The notes: generated by a model not told the origin, from the sequence alone. Numbered from the stretch's first letter, positions 10,106 through 20,606 are shown. The stretch: DNA of 64,000 nucleotides from Pseudomonadota bacterium (GCA_038134595.1 JAYPVM010000003.1:191729-255728), one strand, 5' to 3'. Translations and numbers: made by a program.

Positions 10106-11424
10106 GCCCGACTCCTATAGCGCTCCTTGAGTCGTGTTGTAGTGTGCGAGAGGAATCCGAATATTCCATCTGGTACCGACTGCCATCGTTCGTTTACTAT
10201 ATTGTAGACTAATACAGAAGCTACGCATGTTGTGACGATATTCGGAAGCCAAAGGGCAAGACCTACGTTTATCTTGCCGCTATCTGCCAGAGCAAGTCCT
10301 ATCGAAAATATTCCATAATAGACAATGAAAACACCAAGACCCAGGCAGACAGAAAAGCCAGCGCCCCAAGCACGCTGAGTTCGTGGCGACATGACGCCGA
10401 TAGCAAAGCCGATGAAAGTCATTATAACAGAGGCAAAGGGGAGTGAGATGCGTTGACCAAGCTCAACCTTTGCTCGTCTAAACTTTTTTGACAGTTGTTT
10501 TAGAGAGAGTTTTTCTCCAAGCACAAGAATGTCTTCTTCGGTGCTTCTGTTCGTCAAAGCGGTTTTGTATTCACGAATCATCTTCTTAAGCTCAGGGATC
10601 GAGAGCTCACGGGCGTTTATCCCCTTCGTAGTGGTATTGTGCAGTTCCTCTGGATCTATCCTGAGGGTGTTTGTTGAAAACTTAGTACGAGAGTATTTTT
10701 CATCAAGAAGTTCATGAGCTGCACCGTCAATAAGTATAAGTGAGATGGTTTGCGCTTGTGTATTGGTAACTATTTGGCCGCGTTTGGCGACCACGACCTT
10801 GCGTGCTTGAGAGTCTCTTTTGTCGTCCACTAAGATCCGTTCAAGCTTGCCAGTCTGATAATCTATCCGCTCTGCATAAAGGGTAATACTCCCCAATTTG
10901 TTGAAAACCCCCTCAGAGAGGCCGGATGTGCTTCTTGACCGGGCGACATCGAATAGAGCAGAAGAGAGAGTGCTAAAACCCCAGGGGCGAAGAATGCAGC
11001 TTACGAGAATGCTGACTGCGCCCATCGAAAGAGCAAAGCCGATAATAGGTTTTAAAACACTTCGAAGACCGATTCCACTGGCTTTGATGACAATCACCTC
11101 CGAGTCTCCACAAAGCCGGGCAATCGCTAGCATAACACCCAGGAGTGCGGCCATCGGGAGAGCTATCTCTAAAAATGTAGGGATGATAGCGACGAACACC
11201 GTAGCAATCTGGCTAAAATCGACCCCTCGGTTCACTATGAGTGAAGTGAGTCGCAGCATGCGGATTGTTAAAAGAAGACCAGTAAACGTGACGAGACTTA
11301 TCGAAAAAAACAAAAAAATCTCTTTAAGAATATATCGAGAGAGAAGTCGCACGACAAATAAACCTTCAGCAAGTGTGGCCGCTGTTGTGTTAGGACGTTG
11401 CTCGCTGAATTTCATATCCGGCAA
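10102..11424 (-). CDS. lptF: LPS export ABC transporter permease LptF
   Basis: RYILKEI; RLCGDSEVIVIKASGIG; LALWLPNIV; true start may lie about 25 codons downstream. Confidence 0.9.
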   Translation of the reverse strand: MPDMKFSEQRPNTTAATLAEGLFVVRLLSRYILKEIFLFFSISLVTFTGLLLTIRMLRLTSLIVNRGVDFSQIATVFVAIIPTFLEIALPMAALLGVMLAIARLCGDSEVIVIKASGIGLRSVLKPIIGFALSMGAVSILVSCILRPWGFSTLSSALFDVARSRSTSGLSEGVFNKLGSITLYAERIDYQTGKLERILVDDKRDSQARKVVVAKRGQIVTNTQAQTISLILIDGAAHELLDEKYSRTKFSTNTLRIDPEELHNTTTKGINARELSIPELKKMIREYKTALTNRSTEEDILVLGEKLSLKQLSKKFRRAKVELGQRISLPFASVIMTFIGFAIGVMSPRTQRAWGAGFSVCLGLGVFIVYYGIFSIGLALADSGKINVGLALWLPNIVTTCVASVLVYNIVNERWQSVPDGIFGFLSHTTTRLKERYRSRA

Positions 11425-11573
11425 AATAACGCACTAGTTCTCGTGGCACATTCATTGGACGGCCTATGTGCAGTCCAACTCTTTTCAGTCCTGTATGGAA
11501 AGAATAGCCTGGAGTAGTAACTGTAGTAAAGCTAGGTTATTCGGATAGGAAAGGTGTATTTTTGAATTTCTGC

Positions 11574-11604
11574 AATAAAAAAGGCCGGCGCGTCGGCCGA
11601 CCTT
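11574..11604 (-). terminator. Rho-independent terminator after rpsU
   Basis: Minus strand AAGGTCGGC-loop-GCCGGCCTT followed by TTTTATT. Confidence 0.8.
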
Positions 11605-11626
11605 CTAATCCCAGAGTGCCTGGAAG

Positions 11627-11986
11627 TTAGATTACTCCCGCACCCTTACGTAAGCGAGCTTCATCTTTTCGTTGTTTTTTGCGAGCCTCTTTTTCTTTTC
11701 TCTTTTTTCTAACCGACGGCTTCTCGAAATATCGCCTCGATTTCAACTCCTTAAAGAGTCCCTCTTTGATTAGCTTTCGCTTTAATATCTTAAGAGCTTT
11801 TTCAATGTTGTGGGAAACGACTACTTCCATGGCACCCACTCGATTTCTATCGATACCCTCGGATGAACCTCCATGTCCTCTTCCACGATATCCGTCTGAA
11901 CCGTTTCTGCCGGAAAATCCATCATGCCCGCGAGATTTACTCGGGGTTTTGTTTGTTTCACTATCTTGGGTGCCTTCTGTGCTCAC
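11627..11986 (-). CDS. rpsU: 30S ribosomal protein S21 with probable 52-aa N-terminal extension
   Basis: Core from ATG 11830: NIEKALKILKRK..KEGLFKELKSRRYFEKPSVRKKRK; the upstream in-frame GTG 11986 has a GAGGA SD 5 nt before it. Confidence 0.93.
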   Translation of the reverse strand: MSTEGTQDSETNKTPSKSRGHDGFSGRNGSDGYRGRGHGGSSEGIDRNRVGAMEVVVSHNIEKALKILKRKLIKEGLFKELKSRRYFEKPSVRKKRKEKEARKKQRKDEARLRKGAGVI

Positions 11987-12029
11987 TACTTTCCTCGTAA
12001 TATTTTGAATTCGAAACTACTCTTTCGCT

Positions 12030-12074
12030 TTGTCTCCCGCATAACCTTGTCTCCCGCATAATCCGAAGAGACAA
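12030..12074 (-). repeat. 15-bp tandem direct repeat plus complementary arm in the rpsU leader
   Basis: TTGTCTCCCGCATAA at 12030-12044 and 12047-12061; GAGACAA at 12068-12074 is complementary to TTGTCTC. Confidence 0.8.
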
Positions 12075-12284
12075 CCTCTGCCCCCCGCTTTTTTGAGGGG
12101 GATACCTAACCGCGATTTCGTTGTCTTATAACTCTAATTATCATAGGCCCTTTGGGCCACAGACAGCACTTTCTAGCAAATAACAGGGGTATATGTAAAG
12201 AGTAGCTCATGGTGACGGGTAAATAGCTGGTAATACAAGGATTTATCCGGTCCCCTAGTATCGAAATCTCGCCATCATACGAAG

Positions 12285-13220
12285 CTAACCACTTGTTAAG
12301 GTTAGAACTGTGATTTCGGGAGGGCAGTGAAATCGTAAGGGAAGGCCAACATATCCTAGCCCTCGAGAGGTATAGACATGTAGGTCGCCAATTGAACTGA
12401 GTCCAGACACGAATCTTCGGTCCTGTACCTGTGCCGCTACCGCTCCCAACCCTGGTAGGACTATCTGTCCTCCGTGCGTATGGCCGCAGAGTGCTAGGCT
12501 ATAGGATAGACGTGGGGTGTTAAGAGTGGCGGAAACGTAGTCCGGATTATGGGTGATGACGATCCGTTTTCGCTGACCATCGATAAGTGGGATATCGGGA
12601 GGAAGAGACGGAAGCCCAGTTAAATAGTCATCAGTTCCGAAAAAATGCAGAGATTGCTCTGAACGAGTTACCGATATCTCATCATTGATGAGAACTCTTA
12701 CGGGCTTGCATCGACTTATAGAGCGTAAGAATTCAGGAAAGAGGTTCCATCGGTCGTGATTGCCAACTACTGCGAGTATTCCATCGGGAAAAATATCGTA
12801 ATCATTTAGTATGCTCGCAACCGATTCGTAAATGAGAGCTGTAGCCACGGGCTTGTCGAGATTGGCGTATCTCTGATTCTCCACCATGCCAAGCTTTTCA
12901 AGTAGATGTGAGTCATGTACAAGTATGTAGTCACCACCGAGCACCAAAACATCTATCTTGAGGCGAGAAAGCATAGTGAGTGCCTCTCGAATCCAATCCT
13001 CGGAAACCCAGATTCCCAGATGAATGTCTGTAAGAAATCCGATTCGATACGCTTCGAAACTTGCCGGTAGACCAGCGATCTTTACGTCGATAAGTTCTGT
13101 TGTGATAGCAGTGTTGACTCCGGCATGAGACCAATTATTTCCGGTTGCTCCTAGCGCCAGTCCTCCAACCAAGCCGGCGGAAATTGACTTAAGAAAATTT
13201 CGCCTTGAAAGTAAAGTCAT
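12285..13220 (-). CDS. Tat-exported calcineurin-like metallophosphoesterase (YkuE-like)
   Basis: SRRNFLK Tat motif; TDIHLG, GGDY, GNHD, THNPD, GHTHGGQ, SRGLG; ATG 13220 overlaps the upstream TAA. Confidence 0.9.
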   Translation of the reverse strand: MTLLSRRNFLKSISAGLVGGLALGATGNNWSHAGVNTAITTELIDVKIAGLPASFEAYRIGFLTDIHLGIWVSEDWIREALTMLSRLKIDVLVLGGDYILVHDSHLLEKLGMVENQRYANLDKPVATALIYESVASILNDYDIFPDGILAVVGNHDRWNLFPEFLRSISRCKPVRVLINDEISVTRSEQSLHFFGTDDYLTGLPSLPPDIPLIDGQRKRIVITHNPDYVSATLNTPRLSYSLALCGHTHGGQIVLPGLGAVAAQVQDRRFVSGLSSIGDLHVYTSRGLGYVGLPLRFHCPPEITVLTLTSG

Positions 13221-13735
13221 TACGCCCTTCGTCGTTTCTCCCACGCCTGTCTTGATCGATGACTGCGAACCGCTTTCGCCCATCCTCCTGCCGATATCCA
13301 TTCGTCTAATGCCGGAATATCGGGGTGCCTAGCTTCGAGTTTTTTGAATTCTCGCCCGTGCCACTGCCTCTTTCCAGAAGGTGATAAGCTTACGCCATGA
13401 CCGATAACAGCGTGACACATCTCATGGTAGAGAATTGGTTCGATCCATTTTGACAATCTTTCGGTGTTTAGTTCTTTTGCTACTAGAATTTTCCTACAGT
13501 GAATATTACACGATGCCAAAACTCGCTTTTGAGCTCGAGTGCTCCAGGTAACGGTGTAAGTGTCAATATCGTTATGATCAGGGAAAAAACGCCGCCGAAT
13601 TTCGCACCATTGTTTATGTAATGTCGGATCGCTTTGCGTCTTCGGAGCATTCTGGCGGCGCGGCTCTTTGGGAGCAGGGGAGAAAAGCAATTCGAGTTGT
13701 TTCGTAATTGAGACAATCCGTCGTATATAGCGCAT
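13220..13735 (-). CDS. SprT-like zinc metalloprotease domain protein
   Basis: ILYHEMCHA (HEXXH) and downstream HGREFKKLE. Confidence 0.8.
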   Translation of the reverse strand: MRYIRRIVSITKQLELLFSPAPKEPRRQNAPKTQSDPTLHKQWCEIRRRFFPDHNDIDTYTVTWSTRAQKRVLASCNIHCRKILVAKELNTERLSKWIEPILYHEMCHAVIGHGVSLSPSGKRQWHGREFKKLEARHPDIPALDEWISAGGWAKAVRSHRSRQAWEKRRRA

Positions 13736-14325
13736 TACTTAAAGTCGTCGTCTTTAAAATCTATTAAAAAAATACCACCGATAAAATCAGCAAGCTCATC
13801 GAGACATACTCCACCGTATCCGCCGACTACGAGTGCATCAAGGCCCAATCCAAGCTCTGCATCGCACACTTCTCTGTCTGCTGATTGCTTAAACGCCGGC
13901 GATATTCCTATTTCCGAGGAACTCTCTACCATAACAGGAAACGTTCTTCCAAAGTCGCCGACTCTAACTGACACGGGTGCCATTTGGCGGTAGCCTCCTT
14001 GCACATACTTAGTGATTCTAACAACGCCTCCTACTGAAGCACCCACACCGACATCCACTCTGAAAACATCGATAAGATCGAGCACTCGATTTGGAATGTA
14101 TAGTAGCACGTCTCGCCACCATGGACTCTCATCCTCCTCTGTGAGGAGCGTCGGATCGCTCCAGGGCTCTTTGGGGCTTGCCGGGACCATGTACGAGGAG
14201 TCAAATTTTCGTTCACGCTCTTGGCCTTGAGCCAGACGAGGCATCCAATGCTCCAAACAGAATAGGAGCATCAAGACAACGACAGTGAATACTCTGCAAT
14301 TAGGTAATCGTATTAAAAAAGTCAT
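13735..14325 (-). CDS. Hypothetical exported/membrane protein
   Basis: N-terminal hydrophobic segment; NRVLDLIDVFRVDVGVG; coupled to the downstream gene by a 1-bp overlap. Confidence 0.7.
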   Translation of the reverse strand: MTFLIRLPNCRVFTVVVLMLLFCLEHWMPRLAQGQERERKFDSSYMVPASPKEPWSDPTLLTEEDESPWWRDVLLYIPNRVLDLIDVFRVDVGVGASVGGVVRITKYVQGGYRQMAPVSVRVGDFGRTFPVMVESSSEIGISPAFKQSADREVCDAELGLGLDALVVGGYGGVCLDELADFIGGIFLIDFKDDDFK

Positions 14326-14370
14326 ACCAAGACCTTATCACTGGAGGGGCATAACGGATAGGCTCATTTG

Positions 14371-15675
14371 CTACGATGTTCTTGCGGTTAAGATCCCAAT
14401 AAGCTCTGAGTGATATGTTTGGGGAAACATATCTAAGACCTTTACTGATTGTAGTTCATAGCCTCGCTCTTCTAGAACCTGAACATCCCGAGCAAAAGTC
14501 GGTGGATAACAACTTACGTAAAGTAATTTTGACGAAATAGAGGGAGAAAGCCTTTTGCATACCTCGAGAGCACCGCTCCGTGGTGGATCGAGCACTACGG
14601 TAGCCCCGGCACTATGTCTCTCTGCCCATTTTTCACAGCTTTGCTGATGAAAAGTTAAACGCGAGGAAACGCCAGCTTCCTTGGCGCGCACTTCTCCAAA
14701 GGCGACGAGGTGAGGGTTTACCTCAACCGCCGTAACAGTTTTTCCGCTTAGCGCGAGCGGAATTGAGATATTGCCAGCACCAGCATAGAGATCGGTTACG
14801 AAATCGGTGGATGTGTGCTCGATCAGGTAGCGAATCATCACATCGTTTGCTAGCTTGTTGTTTTGTGAGAAATGGCCAACTGGAGGTCCGTCCGGGTCGA
14901 CAGGCTTTGCTCGAAATACAGGCTTGTGGCGATAATTTACCTGAGTATTCGGATACAGTTTGCACAGCTCTTTGAATGCGACCTTCTCAGAGAGCGTGTC
15001 CATTGCCGACTCGTTGCGCGGATGAACCTCAAGTGCCAGAAAAATTTCCCCGTCATGGTCTTCGATAGTTACCGTTTCAATCTCCGGGACGCATCCCTTG
15101 ATAAGGTCTAATCTCTCTGAAAGCACTCGATTAATAGGCTCAGTTGATATTGGACACGATGTTATCTCGACGATGCTCCTGCCATGTTTTCGATATAAGC
15201 CAAACTCCGCCTTTTTGTTTAGATGAAAGGACATTCGGCGGCGATAGGTAAACCCGGGTAGCGAGTTGTCGAGTTGAGACACATCTTCTACGGGTGTAAT
15301 TCCTCCGTGTACACGGAGTAGATCCCGAACCATATTGACCTTAAAGCCCCGTTGTGCCGAAAGGTTTATATGTTGGAGATCGCATCCTCCACATTCACCA
15401 AACACTTTGCATGTAGGGTCTATCCTTTCGGGAGATTCTTGCTCTATTGAAACGGTTTTGGCCTCTACAAATTTCTTCTTGGAATATGTAATTTCTGCCT
15501 CAACGGTTTCTCCGGGTATTGCCCCCCTTACAAAAGCTTTCTTACCCGCCATTTCCACGGGTTGAGTGATAACTCCCACACAAGAGCCTCCTGTTGCCAG
15601 CGATTCGATAGTGACGGAAATTGTTCTTTCTGGAGAGGTGTTACCGTTTGTTGTTATCATGGGGAGAGGATACAA
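14371..15675 (-). CDS. rlmD: 23S rRNA (uracil-C5)-methyltransferase RlmD/TrmA family with TRAM domain
   Basis: CKVFGECGGCDLQH Fe-S motif; DLYAGAG; LDPPRSG; YVSC; DMFPQTYHSE. Confidence 0.88.
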   Translation of the reverse strand: MYPLPMITTNGNTSPERTISVTIESLATGGSCVGVITQPVEMAGKKAFVRGAIPGETVEAEITYSKKKFVEAKTVSIEQESPERIDPTCKVFGECGGCDLQHINLSAQRGFKVNMVRDLLRVHGGITPVEDVSQLDNSLPGFTYRRRMSFHLNKKAEFGLYRKHGRSIVEITSCPISTEPINRVLSERLDLIKGCVPEIETVTIEDHDGEIFLALEVHPRNESAMDTLSEKVAFKELCKLYPNTQVNYRHKPVFRAKPVDPDGPPVGHFSQNNKLANDVMIRYLIEHTSTDFVTDLYAGAGNISIPLALSGKTVTAVEVNPHLVAFGEVRAKEAGVSSRLTFHQQSCEKWAERHSAGATVVLDPPRSGALEVCKRLSPSISSKLLYVSCYPPTFARDVQVLEERGYELQSVKVLDMFPQTYHSELIGILTARTS

Positions 15676-15746
15676 CTAATTAAATCCAAAGTCACCTGAG
15701 TGGCTGGAATAGAGGCTGGTGCCTGAGATTAACTGAAAGTGTGATT

Positions 15747-16511
15747 TTAAATGGAGGCTATGATCGGACTGTATAAATTGCTGAAATTTGCGGCAAGGAG
15801 CTCTACACACTTGTCTGCCGATATTTTAAGATGTTCCGAGAGATTTCGATAGAGATTGATAATAGTTAGGGGCGTGTTTGGCTTTTGGGTTGAACCGGCG
15901 CCGTACGGAGAGTCCGTTTCTAACAGCAATCGGTTAGGAGGGAGGGTTTGTAGTACCGTATTCAACTTTGCCCCTCCCTGTAAGGTGCCGAAACTAAAGT
16001 ATGCCCCTAGATTTAGTAATTTGCGAGCGTTGTCCGCATCCCCTTTATATCCGTGCACCAAGAATCCACAGGCTGGAGGAGCGTCTTTTGTAATCAGGTG
16101 GGCGATGCGGTGCCACCTTCGGACACCGTGTAGACATACAGGTATACATCTATTACGAGCAATTGCGAGTTGGTGGCGAAAGACATCCTCTTGTATAGAA
16201 TTTGGCACATCGTTTCTGGCGCCATCTAGTCCTATTTCACCGATCGCAGATGGTGTTTGGTCGAGGAATGATTCAAGAGAGGTTATCCAGTTTGACGGAA
16301 GCTTGTGGCAATACCACGGATGAACTCCGAAGTGAGGGATTATAAGGCTGCTTGATTCTGAGAGTTTAAACACATCAGGCCAATCAAGAGGTGATGTGCT
16401 ATTTACCAAGAGGCGGTCAATACCGTTAGTCAAACACGCTGCGATAATATCTGCTCGCGAGTCTTGAAACACTTTGTCTGCAAGGTGATTGTGTGCATCG
16501 ATAAAGCCCAT
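15747..16511 (-). CDS. TatD family hydrolase
   Basis: IDAHNHL, GVHPW, IGEIGLD, LLETDSP. Confidence 0.92.
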   Translation of the reverse strand: MGFIDAHNHLADKVFQDSRADIIAACLTNGIDRLLVNSTSPLDWPDVFKLSESSSLIIPHFGVHPWYCHKLPSNWITSLESFLDQTPSAIGEIGLDGARNDVPNSIQEDVFRHQLAIARNRCIPVCLHGVRRWHRIAHLITKDAPPACGFLVHGYKGDADNARKLLNLGAYFSFGTLQGGAKLNTVLQTLPPNRLLLETDSPYGAGSTQKPNTPLTIINLYRNLSEHLKISADKCVELLAANFSNLYSPIIASI

Positions 16512-16530
16512 TATTTAGAGTGCCTCCTCG

Positions 16531-16968
16531 CTATGTTTCATGATTTTGGTCTGCTAATCGTTTCGTAGCGGTCTGCTGGATGAACTGAGACAGGACGGCA
16601 ATAGCGCGTCTTCGGGTTGGGGAAAGAAGTCGGTCGAGTGATAGGGAACTGGTGATTCCGTCCCCAATCTCCAAAAGTGTCTTGCAATCTGTCTGACTAT
16701 GAAGATCACAAATAAAGGATGCTATACCCGCTACGACCGCTGAATCACTTCGTGCTTGGAAATTGCATGTGAGTCCGGTGCCGGATGCCGTTAGCCAGAG
16801 CCCAGACGGACAGCCCGGAACCCTGCGGTCAGCGGTAGCTTCGCTGTCTGGAATTGGTTGGTGAAGCGGATTGCGTTCAAGTAGCCATGTGAGCCTTTGC
16901 TCTACATCTGTAAGAGCATTGTACTCATGCAAGAGTTCGGATTGGAGTTTCGTTGGTATGAAAGTCAT
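16531..16968 (-). CDS. SufE family Fe-S cluster sulfur-acceptor protein
   Basis: RVPGCPSGLWL conserved Cys motif; ARSDSAVVAG; LSPTRR. Confidence 0.85.
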   Translation of the reverse strand: MTFIPTKLQSELLHEYNALTDVEQRLTWLLERNPLHQPIPDSEATADRRVPGCPSGLWLTASGTGLTCNFQARSDSAVVAGIASFICDLHSQTDCKTLLEIGDGITSSLSLDRLLSPTRRRAIAVLSQFIQQTATKRLADQNHET

Positions 16969-17303
16969 GAGGAAACAAAAAAAACGGGACCTAGCTCTAC
17001 AGCTGATTTTATCGGTTCAATCGGTTTTAAGCAGTGTTTAGTCAAACGCGAATAGTTCAGAGACGCACGCTAGAGCAAAGCTGGCAAACCGTTTTTTCAC
17101 GCCAATAATCATCCCCGCTCATCTAGCAAGCGTAAGACAATTATAGAGTTAATACGCACATAGTAGCAAATATCGGCAGGTAATTGCTATACGGAGGGAT
17201 TAGCTGATTTTTAAGGCCCTGGAACTCGGAAAGACGACTGATGTATTGATTCTGTAGGAATTTACCATTTTCGACCTTAAATAGACGGTGGTATACTTTG
17301 GTA

Positions 17304-18662
17304 ATGCATACATCAGTTCTCCAGCTCATAGGTAACACCCCACTTGTTCAGGTTCAAACATTTGGTACGGGTCTTTGTAGCCTGTTTTTAAAGCTTGAGT
17401 GCCAGAATCCGAGTGGCTCGATTAAAGACAGAATAGCACTGTCGATGATTGAGCAGGCTGAAAAAAAGGGCTTAATCGCTCCTGGCGCTACTTTGATTGA
17501 GGCTACGGCAGGAAATACCGGAATGGCGCTCGCGCTTGTTGCCGCACTAAAGGGGTATCGGTTAAAGCTCGTAATTCCAGACAAGATGAGTCAAGAAAAA
17601 GTCCGACAGGTTAGGGCCCTTGGCGCAGAGGTAGTTATTACCCGCTCAGATGTTGGAAAGGGGCATCCAGATTACTATCAGGATGTTGCAGAACGCATCG
17701 CCAGAGAGACCGAGAATTCCTGGTATGTGAATCAGTTTGGCAACGACTCAAATCCTAACGCTCACGAAGACACGACGGGGCCCGAGATCTTGAAACAGAT
17801 GGATGGTGACGTTGATGCTGTAATATGCGGGGTTGGCTCTGGGGGAACAATTACGGGGCTCGGCCGTTTTTTTTCTCAATCGAGCCCTAAAACTGACATC
17901 GTTTTGGCTGATCCCGTTGGCTCAATACTCGACCATTACGTAAAAACCGGTGAGGTGCTCACGGAGTCTGGTTCATGGTATGTTGAAGGTGCCGGAGAGG
18001 ATTTTATCCCCGATGTAACGGATCTCTCCTTCGTGAAGGCAAGTTATGCGATTTCTGACCAAGAGAGCTTTCAGACCGCTCGCCAGTTGTTCCTCCAGGA
18101 GGGCCTCTGTGGAGGCTCTTCTACGGGGTTGCTTGTTGCCGCAGCGCTTCGGTATTGTCGAGAACAAACCGAGCCCAAGAGGGTCGTAACTTTTGTGTGT
18201 GATACTGGGAGTAGGTATTTAACAAAGATATTTGACGACGCATGGATGTTGGATCAGGGTCTCTTATCCGCCACTCAGCACGGTGATTTGCGGGACCTGA
18301 TAGGAATCAAAATTCCAGTGATAGTGTCACCTTCTGAGAAGCTATTGACTGCATATTCCCGAATGAGGGCCCACGGGGTATCACAATTGCCGGTATTTGA
18401 TGAGAAACAGCTCGTTGGTATTATCGATGAGTGGGATCTTTTGCAGGCAGTAGAGGGAGTAGATGGTGGTTTCAAACGGCAAGTCTCAGAGGTTATGACA
18501 ACTGTCGTGGAGACTCTTGATTATAAGGATTCGGTGGAGCAGGTTGTTGAGCTCTTAAATAGAGACCTCGTTCCGCTCATAATTAAAGATGGCGAGTACG
18601 CAGGAATGATTACACGGATAGATTATATAAACTATCTACGAAAGCGAGCTCCTACAGTTTGA
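17304..18662 (+). CDS. Cystathionine beta-synthase (PLP domain + CBS pair)
   Basis: IGNTPLV, KLECQNPSGSIKDR, EATAGNTG, GVGSGGT; C-terminal CBS domains (VSQLPV, GMITRID). Confidence 0.92.
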   Translation: MHTSVLQLIGNTPLVQVQTFGTGLCSLFLKLECQNPSGSIKDRIALSMIEQAEKKGLIAPGATLIEATAGNTGMALALVAALKGYRLKLVIPDKMSQEKVRQVRALGAEVVITRSDVGKGHPDYYQDVAERIARETENSWYVNQFGNDSNPNAHEDTTGPEILKQMDGDVDAVICGVGSGGTITGLGRFFSQSSPKTDIVLADPVGSILDHYVKTGEVLTESGSWYVEGAGEDFIPDVTDLSFVKASYAISDQESFQTARQLFLQEGLCGGSSTGLLVAAALRYCREQTEPKRVVTFVCDTGSRYLTKIFDDAWMLDQGLLSATQHGDLRDLIGIKIPVIVSPSEKLLTAYSRMRAHGVSQLPVFDEKQLVGIIDEWDLLQAVEGVDGGFKRQVSEVMTTVVETLDYKDSVEQVVELLNRDLVPLIIKDGEYAGMITRIDYINYLRKRAPTV

Positions 18663-18717
18663 TTATTTGTGAAGTTTGAGGCTATTAACTGACTTTTTGC
18701 GAAGTAACTTTTCCGAT

Positions 18718-20328
18718 CTAGATAAAATCCATAAACGTGTGGTCAGGATTACGTTCCAAGACGTATTTCTTTTCCCAGTCTGCGGTCAGTAGGATCACCT
18801 TTTTATCTCGAGCGTCCAGTGCGATGTAGGAGCCCATTGGGAGCGTTAAGCTCTCAACTTCCCCTTCAACATATACGCTGTGACGATACGGTAAAATATC
18901 GATAGAAGTTTTGACCTTGTATTCCTCTTCTAAGCGATATTGGAGGACTTCAAATTGTAATTTTCCAACGGCAGCAACAACTGGAGGATCCTTGGGGTTT
19001 TTATATGATCGGAGGATTTGTACAGCACCCTCTGAAGCTAGTTGAGCAATACCCTTTTCAAAAGCTTTGTGGCGCAGCACATCTCTTGGTCTAATTTGCG
19101 CAACTATCTCAGGCGGAAACTGCGGCATCGGCAGAAAGTTAAACCCCTTAGTCGTTGAAACGGTATCTCCAATCCCAAATGCCCCAGGATTAATAACCCC
19201 TATAATATCGCCTGGAAAAGCCTCTTCTACGGTGTTTCTATCTTTTGCAACCATGCTATAGGATCGTGAGAGTCGTATCTCTTTGCCAGACTTGTGGTGT
19301 CGGATCGTCATGTCTCTACCAAACTTTCCAGAGCACACTCGCATAAAAGCCATGCTGTCACGGTGCTTGGGGTTCATATTGGCTTGGATCTTAAACACGT
19401 ATGCCGAAAAGTTTTCACTAACTGGTTCGATTGACACCTCGTCCCCAGAATCTGTTGTGGCCCGATAGGCATGGGGAGGCGGACCTATTTCTGCAAAGCT
19501 ATCGAAGAATAGCTCCACTCCAAAGTTTGTCAGCGCAGAACCGAAAAAGACCGGGGTTGTCCGCCCGGCCAGAAAGTCTTCTTGGGAAAATGGATTCCCA
19601 GCCGCCTCCAAAAGCTCAAGCTCCTCTTGGAGCTCGGTAACTTGATCAAGCGGAATAAGCTCGTTGTCGACTGCCTCCTGCAGGGAAACTGTTCGAAACA
19701 AGGCCTTGTCACTTCCGCCCTTCGGTGAGCGATTAAAGAGAGAGACGGTTTTGGTCTCGATATGAATAACCCCGCAAAATGATCCGCCGCTTCCGATGGG
19801 CCAATAGAGGGGCGCGGCTTGTATGCCAAGCACATCTTCCACCTCCTGCAGGAGTTCCAATGGCTCCTTGCTTGGGAGGTCCATCTTGTTGATAAAGGTA
19901 AGAATAGGCGTGCGTTGCATTTTGCAGACTGCAAACAATTTGCGAGTCTGGTCTTCTACACCCCTTGAGGCGTCAAGAACCATCACGGCACTATCTGCGG
20001 CGGTGAGGGTTCGATATGTGTCCTCACTAAAGTCCTGATGGCCCGGTGTGTCTAGGACGTTTATAATGTGCCCCTTGTAGGGAAATTGCATGGCAGAAGC
20101 TGAAATAGAGATGCCTCTTTCCTGTTCCAAGCCCATCCAGTCTGAAGAGGTCGTTTTGCCCCCCTTTCTAGCTCGTACCATTCCAGCGGTCTGAATCATA
20201 CCAGAGTAGAGTAGAAGTTTTTCTGTGAGGGTGGTCTTTCCAGCGTCAGGATGGCTAATAATAGCAAATGTCCGGCGCTTATTGGTCTCAGACGCTACTT
20301 CTCGGTGTAGGGGGCTATGGTCGTTCAT
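18718..20328 (-). CDS. prfC: Peptide chain release factor 3
   Basis: RRTFAIISHPDAGKTTLTEK, SDWM..EQERGISI, DTPGHQDFSEDTYRTL, FKIQANMNPKHRD. Confidence 0.97.
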   Translation of the reverse strand: MNDHSPLHREVASETNKRRTFAIISHPDAGKTTLTEKLLLYSGMIQTAGMVRARKGGKTTSSDWMGLEQERGISISASAMQFPYKGHIINVLDTPGHQDFSEDTYRTLTAADSAVMVLDASRGVEDQTRKLFAVCKMQRTPILTFINKMDLPSKEPLELLQEVEDVLGIQAAPLYWPIGSGGSFCGVIHIETKTVSLFNRSPKGGSDKALFRTVSLQEAVDNELIPLDQVTELQEELELLEAAGNPFSQEDFLAGRTTPVFFGSALTNFGVELFFDSFAEIGPPPHAYRATTDSGDEVSIEPVSENFSAYVFKIQANMNPKHRDSMAFMRVCSGKFGRDMTIRHHKSGKEIRLSRSYSMVAKDRNTVEEAFPGDIIGVINPGAFGIGDTVSTTKGFNFLPMPQFPPEIVAQIRPRDVLRHKAFEKGIAQLASEGAVQILRSYKNPKDPPVVAAVGKLQFEVLQYRLEEEYKVKTSIDILPYRHSVYVEGEVESLTLPMGSYIALDARDKKVILLTADWEKKYVLERNPDHTFMDFI

Positions 20329-20606
20329 ACTAGGACGGGTTCATAACACACCTGGTCGAACAGGTGTAGTATCTTTGGTCAAATCGTTCTCAAAAGCGGA
20401 GAAAGTGCCGATAAAAACCTATTAATGAGCATAATCCCTGAGATAACAGCTTATGAGGGTTGCCCCTAAATGGCTATGTGGTAGCGTATCCCCAGAAGAA
20501 GATAGAGTGTCTTATGTGCCAAGAGTATATGCACCTTGGGTATTTGCGCTTTGAAACGATTTTTTGAATGAGGTGCAGGGCACGCGCTAGAGCACGGAGA
20601 ATTATT

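Noticed and set aside
15747..18662. SufE-TatD divergent from cystathionine beta-synthase as a novel sulfur module
   Set aside because: All are common housekeeping families, and adjacency alone is weak evidence.
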